A program made the translations under genes and the position numbers. A stretch of DNA of 64,000 nt from Acidimicrobiia bacterium (GTDB lineage: Bacteria > Actinomycetota > Acidimicrobiia > Spongiisociales > UBA11373): the NCBI GenBank assembly GCA_016932695.1, contig JAFGCH010000001.1:22420-86419 (forward strand). Direction: 5' to 3'. Positions 34,105-43,855 of the stretch are shown one piece after another. Position 1 is the stretch's first letter. Each line of letters opens with the position of its first letter. Below the pieces are notes generated by a model that was given only the letters and a program-made list of their open reading frames with translations, was not told the DNA's origin and did not search any database.

Positions 34105-35124
34105 TCATTGTGGCACGCCCGGGCCGCGCCGGGCTTCGAGCAGCCGGAAGCCCTCGATCAGCGGGCGTACTTCCGCCACCTCGAAACCTGCCGCCCGCAG
34201 CTGCTCCTCGAGATCGAGCCAGGTCGGGCGAGCACCGTCGCCGCCGCTCAACGAGCCGGTGAACCCCCAGTGCAGCACCCTGTCGGGGTAGTCGTCCTCC
34301 GACTCGGGCAGCAGGTCGGCCACGAAGAATCGGCCGCCCTCGTCCAGCGCGGGTCGCACCGCGGCGAGCAGGCCGGCGTCGTACACCCCGACGTCGCACT
34401 CCAGCACCGCGCCGAAACCCCGGGGCAGCTCGCCGGAGAGGAGATCGCCCTCCCAGAAGCTGATGCGGTCCTCCAGGCCCTTCTCCCGGGCGATGCGCCG
34501 CCCCTCGGCACAGACGGCGGGAATGTCGGCCACTACCACACTCAGGGCTGGGTTCTTCCGGAGAAGAGCCAGCGACATGACGCCGGAGCCCCCGCCGAGA
34601 TCGAGCAGGCGCCGCACCCCGGCGAGGTCCAGCGCGGCGGCCAGACACTCGGCCAGCGGCCCGTGCAAGTCGTAGAGCATGCGGGTGAACCGGCGAGCGC
34701 GCTCGGGGTCGACCGCCATCCTGGCCACATAGTCCGGCAAGGGTTCGGGGAGCCTGGAATGGCCCGGGGGCAGGACGAGGCGCCTGGCCAGGTCCACGAC
34801 CACGGGCAGCCGCTCCCGATCCTCCTGGGCGAGGAAGGCCCAGGAGTCGGGAGCATAGGATTCCACGATCGCCCGTCGCGCCCCGGGGGTGAGGATGTAG
34901 CCGTCGATCCGGCGCTCCAGCAGCCCCAGGCGCACCAGGACCTGCAGCCACCATCCGCAGCGGCCCAGCGGGATGCCGAGAGCGGCGGCCACGGCAGAGC
35001 CCTCCAGGGGCGCATCGGCGAGTAGCCATGGAAGCCCGAGCTCCAGTGCCGCGCCCAGCGCGGCCGACGCCGAGTAGCCCCAGAGGCATTCCAGGACATC
35101 GTCGGGGGTATCGAAGCGAGCCAC
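34105..35124 (-). CDS. Class I SAM-dependent O-methyltransferase (COMT-like, with N-terminal dimerisation domain)
   Basis: 339 aa; SAM motif LLDLGGGSGVMSLALLRKNP plus downstream acidic and aromatic motifs typical of small-molecule O-methyltransferases. The gene fills the whole gap between tRNA-Pro and tRNA-Lys. Confidence 0.7.
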   Translation of the reverse strand: MARFDTPDDVLECLWGYSASAALGAALELGLPWLLADAPLEGSAVAAALGIPLGRCGWWLQVLVRLGLLERRIDGYILTPGARRAIVESYAPDSWAFLAQEDRERLPVVVDLARRLVLPPGHSRLPEPLPDYVARMAVDPERARRFTRMLYDLHGPLAECLAAALDLAGVRRLLDLGGGSGVMSLALLRKNPALSVVVADIPAVCAEGRRIAREKGLEDRISFWEGDLLSGELPRGFGAVLECDVGVYDAGLLAAVRPALDEGGRFFVADLLPESEDDYPDRVLHWGFTGSLSGGDGARPTWLDLEEQLRAAGFEVAEVRPLIEGFRLLEARRGPGVPQ

Positions 35125-35205
35125 GAACCACCTCCCTGGAGCCGGCGGCAGTCTACGGACGGTGGCCCAGGTTGTGCCTCCGGCGTGCCTGGCTAACCTT
35201 GCGCC

Positions 35206-35279
<74 letters not shown>

Positions 35280-35288
35280 CTTCTGCCC

Positions 35289-35306
35289 CTCCCACGCCTG
35301 TGGGAG
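35289..35306 (+). terminator. Short hairpin just 3' of tRNA-Lys
   Basis: CTCCCAC-GCCT-GTGGGAG is a 7-bp stem. There is no U tract. Confidence 0.25.
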
Positions 35307-35459
35307 AGGCGCGGCCGGCGGAGCCGGTCGCGGTGAGGGCCAACCGCAACAACGGCTGCGCCGCGCCTCCCAACACGACCCCGGCCGGGCCCCCTGCCGC
35401 CCCAACTACCATGCTGCGGCGCCTTCCGGCGCCAGTCTCACGAGGATGGAAGCCGCACC

Positions 35460-37586
35460 ATGACCCACGTCTTCTCCTTCGAGGATCTCCGGGGACGCCC
35501 CCTCGCCGAGGCCCGCCGCATCATCGGCAGCAAGGCCGCCAACCTGGCCGCCATGGCCAACGAGCTCGGCCTGCCCGTACCCCCCGCCTTCGCCGTCTCC
35601 ACCGCCGCTTGCCTGGAGTACTTGACCGGCGGGTGGCCCGAGGGGCTCGAGGAGGAGATCCGCCTGCACCTCGCCCGCATGGAGGCGGCCCTGGGCCGCC
35701 GGTACGGCGATCCGGACAACCCCTTGCTGGTCAGCGTCCGTTCCGGCGCCCCGGTGTCGATGCCGGGGATGATGGACACCCTCTTGAACCTCGGCCTCAA
35801 CGCGGCCACCGCGCCCGCCCTGGTCCGCCTATCGGCCGACCCCGGTTTCGTGGAGTCGTTGCGCGCCCGCCTCGCCAAGCAGTACCCCGACATCGTGGGT
35901 GTGCCCGTGCCCGAGGACCTGTGGGAGCAGTTGCGCGGCGCCGTGGAAGCCGTCTTCCGCTCGTGGAACAGCGATCGGGCCCGCGCCTACCGCCAACGCG
36001 AAGGCATCCCCGACAACCTCGGCACCGGGGTGATCGTCCAGGCCATGGTGTTCGGCAATCTCAGCGACGACTCGGCCACCGGCGTGCTGTTCACCCGTAA
36101 CCCGGCCACGGGGGAGAACATGCCCTACGGCGATGTCATGTTCCGTGCCCAGGGCGAGGACGTGGTCGCCGGCACCCATCACACCGAGCCCCTCTCCGTC
36201 CTCGACCAGCGGCTGCCGGCGGTGGGCGCCGAACTGCGCCGCTACGCCGCTGTTCTAGAGCACCGCTGGGCCGACGTCTGCGACATCGAGTTCACCATCG
36301 AGCGGGGCAAGTTGTGGATGTTGCAGACCCGGGTGGGCAAGCGCACCCCCCAGGCGGCGCTGCGCATCGCCGTCGAGATGGCCGAGGACCCCGATTTCCC
36401 CCTGACCCGCGAGCAGGCGGTACAGCGAGTAGCCCACTTGCTGGCCGACCCGCCCTGGGCAGCGGCGGAGAGGAAGGCGGACGCGGTCGCCATAGCCAAG
36501 GGCCTGGGGGCCTCGCCGGGCCTGGCCAGCGGGGAGATCGCCATCACCCCGGAGGCGGCGGTGGCCGCCGCCGACGCCGGCCGGCAGGTGATCCTGGTAC
36601 GTCACGCCACTTCGCCCGACGACATCCACGGCATGGCCAAGGCGGTGGGGGTATTGACCACCACCGGCGGCCTCAACAGCCACGCCGCCGTAGTAGCCCG
36701 AGGCTGGGGCATCCCGGCGGTGGTCGGAGCCGCGGCCGTCGGCGTCGAGGCCGACCGCGTCGTCATCGGAGAGCGCTCCTACGCCGCCGGCGAGGTGCTG
36801 ACCATCGATGGGGGCACAGGTGAGGTCTTCGCCGGCGCCGTGGCCGGAGCGGCCACCATCGTCCCCGAGGCGGCCCCTCTGCTGGCCTGGGCCGAAGACC
36901 TAGGTATCGAGATCCCCGCCGCTCAGGAAGCCGCCGCGCCCGCCCCCGCCCCGGCCGCCGCCGGCGTCCCCACCGTCGAGACCGTGGTGCGCGCCTTGAC
37001 CGTCAAGGGCATCGCCGACCCCGCCGGGGTAGCCACGGTGCTGCGCGCCGCGGAGGAGGAGGTCACCCCGGTGCTGGCAGAGGCGGTGTCCGCCGGGCTC
37101 CTCAAGACCGCCGGAGGCATGTTCTCCTTGACCCCGGAGGGCAAGGAGCGCGGCGCAGGCCTAGTCGCCGCCGACCGGAAGCACTGGGGTGAGGCCGACG
37201 CTGCCGCCGCTCTCGACACCTTCGTCCCCTTCGACCAGAAGATGAAGGCGGTGGTGACCGCCTGGCAGATGAGGGAAGTGAACGGCGAGCAGGTGATCAA
37301 CGACCACACCGACGCTGCCTACGACGCCGGGGTGCTGGCCGAGGTTGCCGATCTCCATGCCGGGGTAGGCCCCTGGCTGGGCGGCCTGGCGGCGAAGCTC
37401 CCCTGGCTGGGCGGCTACGCCGCTCGCCTCGACGAGGCGGCCCGCGGGGTGGACGGAGGCGACGCCCGCTACATCGCCTCGCCTCGCGTCGACAGCTACC
37501 ACAGCATCTGGTTCGAACTGCACGAGGACCTGATCCTGCTGGCCGGGCGCACCCGCGAAGAGGAAGTGGCCGCCGGGCGGGCCTGA
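35460..37586 (+). CDS. PEP-utilising enzyme family phosphotransferase
   Basis: Residues 1-340 resemble the PPDK/PEP synthase N-terminal nucleotide-binding domain. TTGGLNSHAAVVARGWGIPAVVG is the phosphohistidine swivel motif. After an Ala/Pro linker there are about 250 aa with a possible winged-helix-like segment and no pyruvate/PEP-binding TIM barrel. RBS GAGGATGGAAG lies upstream. Confidence 0.7.
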   Translation: MTHVFSFEDLRGRPLAEARRIIGSKAANLAAMANELGLPVPPAFAVSTAACLEYLTGGWPEGLEEEIRLHLARMEAALGRRYGDPDNPLLVSVRSGAPVSMPGMMDTLLNLGLNAATAPALVRLSADPGFVESLRARLAKQYPDIVGVPVPEDLWEQLRGAVEAVFRSWNSDRARAYRQREGIPDNLGTGVIVQAMVFGNLSDDSATGVLFTRNPATGENMPYGDVMFRAQGEDVVAGTHHTEPLSVLDQRLPAVGAELRRYAAVLEHRWADVCDIEFTIERGKLWMLQTRVGKRTPQAALRIAVEMAEDPDFPLTREQAVQRVAHLLADPPWAAAERKADAVAIAKGLGASPGLASGEIAITPEAAVAAADAGRQVILVRHATSPDDIHGMAKAVGVLTTTGGLNSHAAVVARGWGIPAVVGAAAVGVEADRVVIGERSYAAGEVLTIDGGTGEVFAGAVAGAATIVPEAAPLLAWAEDLGIEIPAAQEAAAPAPAPAAAGVPTVETVVRALTVKGIADPAGVATVLRAAEEEVTPVLAEAVSAGLLKTAGGMFSLTPEGKERGAGLVAADRKHWGEADAAAALDTFVPFDQKMKAVVTAWQMREVNGEQVINDHTDAAYDAGVLAEVADLHAGVGPWLGGLAAKLPWLGGYAARLDEAARGVDGGDARYIASPRVDSYHSIWFELHEDLILLAGRTREEEVAAGRA

Positions 37587-37639
37587 GCCTCTGCGGTCCA
37601 CCGGAGCGGGGCTCAACGGCCCACTACCCTGTGAGGGCT

Positions 37640-37724
37640 GCGGGCGTAGCCGAATTGGCATAGGCGCCGGACTTAGGATCCGGTGGGCGTCAGCCCGATG
37701 TGGGTTCGAGTCCCACCGCCCGCA
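37640..37724 (+). tRNA. tRNA-Leu(TAG)
   Basis: GCGGGCGTAGCCGAATTGGCATAGGCGCCGGACTTAGGATCCGGTGGGCGTCAGCCCGATGTGGGTTCGAGTCCCACCGCCCGCA has anticodon loop CTTAGGA and a long variable arm. Confidence 0.85.
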
Positions 37725-37758
37725 CCCGTGACGGGCCCCCGTCCGCCGAGGGGCGGCC

Positions 37759-38598
37759 CTACTCCCACCACCACGACAGCCCGGTGAGGTCGGGACCGGT
37801 GTGCGCCACCATGGCCGGACCGAAGCGGGCCACCAACCCGGTCTCCGGTTCGACTTCGGATCGCACCCGGTCGAGGAGAGCCTGCGCCTGAGCCTCGGCG
37901 AGCACGTGCAGGGCGATCACGTGCAGCCGCGTGCCGGGCGCTCGCGACCGCAGCAGCATGCCGACCATCCTCTCGTCTGCCGCCCTCTTGCTGAAGGCGG
38001 GTCGGCGGCGCAGCACCCGTCCGGCGCGCAGTTCGACCAGCGGACGCACCCCCAGACGCGAGCCCAGGCTGCCGATCGGCCCCGGCAAGCGGCCTCCCCG
38101 CACCAGGTAGTCGAGGGTCCCCAGGGCCGCCACCAGCCGCACCCGGCTCGCCGCCCGCCGGGCCGCCGCCTCCACCTGGGCGAGCCCGGCCCCATCCCGT
38201 GCCGCCGCCGCGGCATGCAAAGCGATGAGGGCCTGGCTTCCCGCGGACGTGCCGCCGTCGAGCACCCGCACCCGGGGCCCGGCGTCCGCGGCGGCCAGCC
38301 GCGCCGCCGCCATGGTGCCGCTCAGCTGCCGGGCCACGGTGATCACCAGGATCTCCCCGGGCACATCGGCGAACACCCGAGCGAAGTCCCCCGGCGCCGG
38401 AGCGGAGGTGGTCACCCCCTCGTCGAAACGAGCCACCAGTTCCGCCGGCGCCAGGTCGCTGTCCCGGTAGGCGATGCCCCCGACGGTGACCCGCATGGGC
38501 ACCACGATGATGCCGGCCGCGGCGGCGACGGCTGTCTCGAGCGCCGCCGAACTGTCGGTGACGATGGTGACCGTGAGGCCCTCCTGGTCCGGCGGCAA
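37759..38598 (-). CDS. DegV family fatty-acid-binding protein
   Basis: VTIVTDSSAALE...GIIVVPMRV...ILVITVARQLSGT is the DegV/EDD fold; about 279 aa. Confidence 0.8.
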   Translation of the reverse strand: MPPDQEGLTVTIVTDSSAALETAVAAAAGIIVVPMRVTVGGIAYRDSDLAPAELVARFDEGVTTSAPAPGDFARVFADVPGEILVITVARQLSGTMAAARLAAADAGPRVRVLDGGTSAGSQALIALHAAAAARDGAGLAQVEAAARRAASRVRLVAALGTLDYLVRGGRLPGPIGSLGSRLGVRPLVELRAGRVLRRRPAFSKRAADERMVGMLLRSRAPGTRLHVIALHVLAEAQAQALLDRVRSEVEPETGLVARFGPAMVAHTGPDLTGLSWWWE

Positions 38599-38653
38599 AC
38601 CCTACCGGGCCCTCGATCCCGCCCGCGCCGCGACGCGGCGCGGCCGCAGCCCG

Positions 38654-40966
38654 CTAGAGGGGCTGCGGGCCCGGATCGGGGTCCGGATCCTCGTCGCCGC
38701 CACCGCCGGGGCAGGCCTCCCCGGTGTAGTCCTTGTGATCACGAGGCAGTTCGCAGGGATGCACCTTCACCACCTTGGGGTGCGGCTGATAGCTCCAGGT
38801 GAACTTCGGCTCGGTGACGGTGCGCCCATCGGGGTAGGTGCGGTGGCGGTAGACGTCGATGGTGTACCCGGCGTACGGGGCGTACTTGACGACCTCCTGG
38901 CCCGGGGACACCGAGCGGTCGCCCTCGTAGAAAACGGCGGTCGAGTTGCGGATGTTGTAGCGGCCGCTATCCGAGGCGGTGACCACGATGCCGCCGTTGT
39001 CCCCCCAGATCTTCACCGTGATGCTGGTGCCGGTGTACCCCGCGTGGTGGGTGGTGATGACGATCGGATGGTCGGTGTCGTTGCGGAAGGCGACGTCGGG
39101 ATGGGGCCAGCCCATGGTGGCCTCGCGGCCGTCGGGGTAGCGGGCGAAGTCGAGGGAGTGCGGCTGGTGCTCGATATCTTCGAGGCCGGCGAAGAAGCCG
39201 GCGTTGTAGATGGTGGTGCCGAACTGGCTGGTGCCCCCGCCCATGTTCGCCGGGTGGTCGCAGCACTGCACGTAGCCCCCGATGATCGCCCCCGCCGGTC
39301 GATAGCCCTTGGCGGCGGTGCGCTCGCCGACCACGGCATTGACCGAGAAAACCTCCCCCGGCAGCACCACGTGCCCATGCACGGTGTCGGCCATCAACTG
39401 GATGTTCACGACACGGTTCTCGCAGCAGTTGTGGTAGGTGGTGAACTCGCCCAGAAGATAGGAGCCGCGGAACGCCAGGGCCTCCGTCTCGGTGAGGTAG
39501 CGGCGAATGCCGGTGGCGTAGGTGCCCCGCTTGGCGGTGTCGACGACATCTGCTTCCCCGGTGTCGGGCCCGCCGTCCATCTGGTCGCGGCTGGGATACT
39601 CGCTGCGGAAGAGGAAGTCGCTCCCCGCCCCCCCAATCAGTTCGTCCCGGCCAGTCCCCCCGTGGAGCACGTCGTTGCCATCCCCGCCGCGGAGATCGTC
39701 GGGGCCCGACCCTCCGCCTAGAGCATCGGCTCCGGGACCGCCGGTCAGGAGGTCGGCGTCGGGGCCGCCGCGCAGGACGTCGCTGCCTTCATCGCCTGAC
39801 AGCACGTCGGCGCCGCCGCCGCCGAAAACCGAGTCGTCGTCGGCGCCGCCCTCCAGTCGATCGTCCCCGGGACCGCCGGTCAGGGAATCGGTTCCGGCGC
39901 CGCCCTGCAGCAGATCGTCGCCGGGTTCACCCGAAAGAGAATCGCTGCCCGCATCCCCCGAGATGATGTCGTTACCGCGACCGCCCCGAGCAGCATCGTC
40001 GCCCGGCCCGCCGAGGACGGTGTCGTCGCCGAAGCCGCCGTGCAGGGTGTCGTCGCCCCAACCGCCGTCGAGGTGATCATGGCGCGCCCCGCCGTACAGG
40101 ATGTCGTCCCCGGAGCCCCCCAGCAGGATGTCGCTCCCGCCTTCGCCGTAGATGAGGTCGTGGCCCCGGCCGCCGTCGATGACGTCGGCGCCCCCGCCCC
40201 CGCACACTACGTCGTCGCCGCCCAGGGCTTCGATCTCGTCGGCCCGAGGGGTACCCAGGATGACGTCGGGCCCCCCGGTGCCGCTTACCGGCTGCGGCAG
40301 GCCGGCGATGTCGAGGGTCACCGGGAGGCCGCCGCAGAAGGGCACCACGGTGATCAGGAAGCCGTCCGCATCGGTACCCCCCTCACCGTCGTCGACCGTC
40401 ATCGTGGCGGTGAACGGCCCGGCGGTAGCGAAGGTGTGGGTGAAGGAGGCCGAGCCCCCGGCGACCTCCTCTTGCGAGTCGGCGGACCCGTCTCCCCAAT
40501 CCACCGTCACCCGGTGCCGGTCGGCGGCCCCGGGATCGCGGAAGGTCACCAGCACCTCGAACGGTTCCCCCAGCGGGGCATCTATATCCGGCAGCGGTTC
40601 GAGCACGGGCGGGGCGTTCTCCACCACTATCTGCAGCCCGCGGGACACCTGCTCCCCGCCGGCCAGGGTGACCCGCACCCTCACGTCGTAAGTGCCCTCA
40701 TCCGGGTAGGCGTGGCCGGCGCTGACGGTGAAGGGCGGCGCCGGCAGGGAGGTGACGCTGTCGTCTCCCCACCCGAAGCGAAAGCGAGCCGGGGTGCCGT
40801 ATGCCGAGTCGAAAGCGGCGGTGACTTCGGCCTGGGAGCCCTCCCGAACCGTTCCCGCCGGGGGAGTCAGCGTCAGCGGTGAGGCGGCTCCGGCCCGGCC
40901 GGGAGCGACGGCCACGACCGCGACCAGCAACGCGGCGGCAAACAAAAGGGGAACCCGGCGAAGCAT
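38654..40966 (-). CDS. Secreted multidomain protein: signal peptide, PKD/Ig-like region, hemolysin-type Ca-binding (RTX) repeats and C-terminal VanW domain
   Basis: MLRRVPLLFAAALLVAVVAVAPGRAGA is a signal peptide. More than 15 GGxGxDxL nonapeptide repeats (GGRGHDLIYGEGGSDILLGGSGDDILYGG...). The C-terminus ...NCCENRVVNIQLMADTVHGHVVLPGEVFSVNAVVGERT...IYNAGFFAGL...FRNDTDHPIVI matches the VanW family. Confidence 0.7.
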   Translation of the reverse strand: MLRRVPLLFAAALLVAVVAVAPGRAGAASPLTLTPPAGTVREGSQAEVTAAFDSAYGTPARFRFGWGDDSVTSLPAPPFTVSAGHAYPDEGTYDVRVRVTLAGGEQVSRGLQIVVENAPPVLEPLPDIDAPLGEPFEVLVTFRDPGAADRHRVTVDWGDGSADSQEEVAGGSASFTHTFATAGPFTATMTVDDGEGGTDADGFLITVVPFCGGLPVTLDIAGLPQPVSGTGGPDVILGTPRADEIEALGGDDVVCGGGGADVIDGGRGHDLIYGEGGSDILLGGSGDDILYGGARHDHLDGGWGDDTLHGGFGDDTVLGGPGDDAARGGRGNDIISGDAGSDSLSGEPGDDLLQGGAGTDSLTGGPGDDRLEGGADDDSVFGGGGADVLSGDEGSDVLRGGPDADLLTGGPGADALGGGSGPDDLRGGDGNDVLHGGTGRDELIGGAGSDFLFRSEYPSRDQMDGGPDTGEADVVDTAKRGTYATGIRRYLTETEALAFRGSYLLGEFTTYHNCCENRVVNIQLMADTVHGHVVLPGEVFSVNAVVGERTAAKGYRPAGAIIGGYVQCCDHPANMGGGTSQFGTTIYNAGFFAGLEDIEHQPHSLDFARYPDGREATMGWPHPDVAFRNDTDHPIVITTHHAGYTGTSITVKIWGDNGGIVVTASDSGRYNIRNSTAVFYEGDRSVSPGQEVVKYAPYAGYTIDVYRHRTYPDGRTVTEPKFTWSYQPHPKVVKVHPCELPRDHKDYTGEACPGGGGDEDPDPDPGPQPL

Positions 40967-41017
40967 GAGCGTGATTGAGGTTACCGCAGCACCGGTGAAT
41001 GAAGGAAGGCAGCACGG

Positions 41018-41602
41018 TCAGCGCGGGCCGCCGACGGCGGCCAGGGCCGTCAGCGCCCGGGCCCGATGGCTGATGCGGTTCTTCCGCTCCTCCCCCATCT
41101 CGGCCAGGGTCTCCCCGTCGACCTCGAAGACCGGGTCGTAGCCGAAGCCGTGACTCCCCCGCTCGGAGCTAGTGATGTGGCCCTCGAGCACCCCTTCGGC
41201 CAGGGTCTCCGCGCCGTCGGGCAGCACGAGGGCGACCACGGTGCGGAAGCGGGCCCGTCGGTCTGCCACCCCATCCAGGCCGGCCAACAGGGCGCGCCGG
41301 TTGGCGGCGTAGTCGGCCTCCGGCCCGGCATAGCGAGCGGTGTGCACCCCCGGGGCGCCGCCCAGGGCGGCAACCTCCAGGCCGGTGTCGTCGGCCAGCG
41401 CCGCCACGCCGGTCGCCCGCGCCACCGCCCGGGCTTTCAGGAGGGCGTTCTCCTCGAGGGTGGCGCCGGTCTCCGCCACGTCAGGCCAGTCGCCGCCCTC
41501 GACCATTTCCACCTGTGGGGCCACCTCGGCGAGGATCGCCCGCACCTCACGCACCTTGTCGGAGTTCTTGGTAGCGACCACCAGGCGGCGGGGCAGACTC
41601 AC
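41018..41602 (-). CDS. rdgB: Non-canonical purine NTP pyrophosphatase (RdgB/HAM1)
   Basis: [14 protein letters not shown]...[13 protein letters not shown]...FGYDPVF is Maf/Ham1 fold. Confidence 0.85.
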   Translation of the reverse strand: MSLPRRLVVATKNSDKVREVRAILAEVAPQVEMVEGGDWPDVAETGATLEENALLKARAVARATGVAALADDTGLEVAALGGAPGVHTARYAGPEADYAANRRALLAGLDGVADRRARFRTVVALVLPDGAETLAEGVLEGHITSSERGSHGFGYDPVFEVDGETLAEMGEERKNRISHRARALTALAAVGGPR

Positions 41603-42306
41603 GGCCCCTCCAGGGCCCGGCGCTGGGCGGCCACCAAACCTTCCACCCCGCGCCCCGCCAGGTCTAGCAGCACATCCAACTGCTCCCGGGTGAACGGCCG
41701 CCCCTCGGCAGTCCCTTGCACCTCGACCAGACCTCCCCGCCCGGTCATGACCACGTTGAGATCCACATCGGCGCCGGCGTCCTCGGCGTAGTCGAGGTCA
41801 AGCCGGGCCTCATCCCCCACCAGGCCTACGCTGACCGCGGCGCAGTGGTCGGTGAGGGGATGCGCCGCCAGCAGGCCCTGCTCAACCGCCCGGGTGAAGG
41901 CATCGTGCAGCGCCACCCACGCCCCGGTGATGGCCGCGGTGCGCGTGCCCCCATCGGCCTGCAAGACGTCGCAGTCGACCCGCACCGTCCCCTCCCCCAT
42001 TGCCTGCTGATCCACCACGGCGCGCAGGGCCCGGCCGATCAGTCGCTGGATCTCCTTGACCCTCCCCCCGGAGATGGCGGTTCGAGGGACCCGTTCCGGG
42101 CTCGACCCCGGGAGCATGGAGTACTCGGCGGTCACCCAGCCGCGGCCCTCGTCGCGCAGCCAGCGAGGCACCTCGGGGTCGAAGGAGGCGGTGCACAGCA
42201 CCCGGGTGCGGCCCATCTCGATGAGCACCGACCCCGGGGTCATCTCGGTGTAGCCGCGCACCAGCCTCACCGCTCGCAGTTCATCGGCGGCTCGTCCTTG
42301 CCTCAA
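41599..42306 (-). CDS. rph: Ribonuclease PH
   Basis: [37 protein letters not shown]...[19 protein letters not shown]. Probable TTG start overlapping the upstream stop (TTGA). Confidence 0.85.
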   Translation of the reverse strand: MRQGRAADELRAVRLVRGYTEMTPGSVLIEMGRTRVLCTASFDPEVPRWLRDEGRGWVTAEYSMLPGSSPERVPRTAISGGRVKEIQRLIGRALRAVVDQQAMGEGTVRVDCDVLQADGGTRTAAITGAWVALHDAFTRAVEQGLLAAHPLTDHCAAVSVGLVGDEARLDLDYAEDAGADVDLNVVMTGRGGLVEVQGTAEGRPFTREQLDVLLDLAGRGVEGLVAAQRRALEGP

Positions 42307-43046
42307 ACCTCCACCTCCATGCCGGGAACAGCCCACTCCACCGGGCCGCCGAAGGCCTCGGCCGCCTCGGCCACCGAGCGGGCGGGGTCCAACATAGGGG
42401 CCAGGTGGGTCAGAAGCAGGCGGCGCACCCCGGCTTGGCGCGCCAGCGCCCCCGCCGCAGCAGCCGACAGGTGATAGGGCCAGCCCTCACCATCGCCCTG
42501 CAGAGTCGCCTCGCACAAGAGCAGGTCGGCCCCGGCGGCCAGGGCCGGCAGGCCGCCTCCCGGCCCGGTGTCGGCCGAGTAGACCAGGCGCCGGCCGCCC
42601 GCGGTCAGCGAGACGGCCAGGGTGGGCAGTTGGTGCTGCGTCGCGGCGAAGGCCAGGTCGATGCCTCCCACCCGCCCTCGGTCCCCGGCGCTCACCCCCT
42701 GCCAGACGAAGGCCCGGTGGAAAGCATGTCCCTCCCCCGCCCCGAGGAACGCCGCCAGGGCGTCGGCCACTCCTTCCGGAGCGAAGGACGGCAGACCCTC
42801 TCGAGTCTCGGAGCCGAAGCGCAGGAAGTTGAAGAGATGGAAGACGTCGGAGCAGTGGTCGGGGTGGGCATGGGTGACCACCAGGGCATCGAGGCGGCCG
42901 TCCGGCAGGGCTTCCTGGAGCGCCGCCAGGGTCCCCGGGCCGGCATCGAGCATCACCCGGGTTCCGTCGGCCTCCACCAAGTACCCCGAGCAAGGATGGC
43001 CCGGCGTGGGGTAGGTGCCGTTGGAGCCCAGGACGCGCAGCCTCAC
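42303..43046 (-). CDS. MBL-fold metallo-hydrolase
   Basis: GTG start gives [38 protein letters not shown]...[12 protein letters not shown] (HxHxDH motif). It is followed by rph and rdgB. Confidence 0.65.
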   Translation of the reverse strand: MRLRVLGSNGTYPTPGHPCSGYLVEADGTRVMLDAGPGTLAALQEALPDGRLDALVVTHAHPDHCSDVFHLFNFLRFGSETREGLPSFAPEGVADALAAFLGAGEGHAFHRAFVWQGVSAGDRGRVGGIDLAFAATQHQLPTLAVSLTAGGRRLVYSADTGPGGGLPALAAGADLLLCEATLQGDGEGWPYHLSAAAAGALARQAGVRRLLLTHLAPMLDPARSVAEAAEAFGGPVEWAVPGMEVEV

Positions 43047-43179
43047 GAGCGGGGAGTGTAGGGAGGCCGGGCGCCGTCTCGGCCCGGCTCTCTGCTCTCG
43101 CAGAGTCCGCCATCTGCAGTGTAAGGCGAGGCGACTGCTGCTGCCGTCGCCCGGGTAGGCGAGCGACCGAGGAGGGACG

Positions 43180-43800
43180 ATGAAGCGCTCTCGTATCTGG
43201 CTGCTGCTGGCGCTCCTGCTGGCGATTGCCCTGGTGACCAGCGGCTGCTTCCAGATCCGCATGTTCAAGATCAACAAAGACAGCCTTGCTGCCGGGGAGA
43301 TGGTCACCGTGCGCACGGAGGCCTTCCCGGTGAGCATGTCGACTGTCGACACCAACGAGGGCTACTACTTCCTGCTGATCGGCTACGACAACATCGACTG
43401 GCAGGGCTCCTCGCAGATCGACGCCGACGGCAACTGGGGCGGGCCCTACAACAAGGGCAACAACGCCGCCCTGGTGGCCTTCCTACTCACCGCGGGCAAC
43501 TGCCAGTCCATCGGTATCGACGCTGCCGACATGGAAGCCAGCTTCGAAGACTGGCGGGTGGTGGTGAGCCTCGAGGAGTTCGGCCCGGAGGGCGCCACTG
43601 AGGCACAACTGGGCCTGCGCAACCGCACCCAGCTGTACTTCAACGCCCCGGCTACCGCCCAAGAAGACCAGCGCGGCGACATCGTCATCTTCTCCGGAAT
43701 CTGGGACGACGGCCTCTTCGGAGGCATCGACGGCACTCCGGAAGCGGGCGAGACCTTCTGCACCGGCCTGGTCACCTTCTCGGTGCCCTACACCGACTGA
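43180..43800 (+). CDS. Hypothetical lipoprotein (compositionally atypical, lower GC)
   Basis: MKRSRIWLLLALLLAIALVTSGC is a lipoprotein signal with lipobox. Codon usage (AAA, ATT, TTC) and roughly 60% GC contrast with neighbours. Confidence 0.5.
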   Translation: MKRSRIWLLLALLLAIALVTSGCFQIRMFKINKDSLAAGEMVTVRTEAFPVSMSTVDTNEGYYFLLIGYDNIDWQGSSQIDADGNWGGPYNKGNNAALVAFLLTAGNCQSIGIDAADMEASFEDWRVVVSLEEFGPEGATEAQLGLRNRTQLYFNAPATAQEDQRGDIVIFSGIWDDGLFGGIDGTPEAGETFCTGLVTFSVPYTD

Positions 43801-43855
43801 CCGAATCGAACCGGTTCGACAACGGGGCCCGGCCGGCGGCCGGGCCCCGGCGCGT

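Noticed and set aside
35300-36100. 266-aa plus ORF overlapping the start of the PEP-utilising enzyme gene in another frame
   Set aside because: It is Arg/Pro/Gly-rich and out of frame with a gene that has clear domain signatures.
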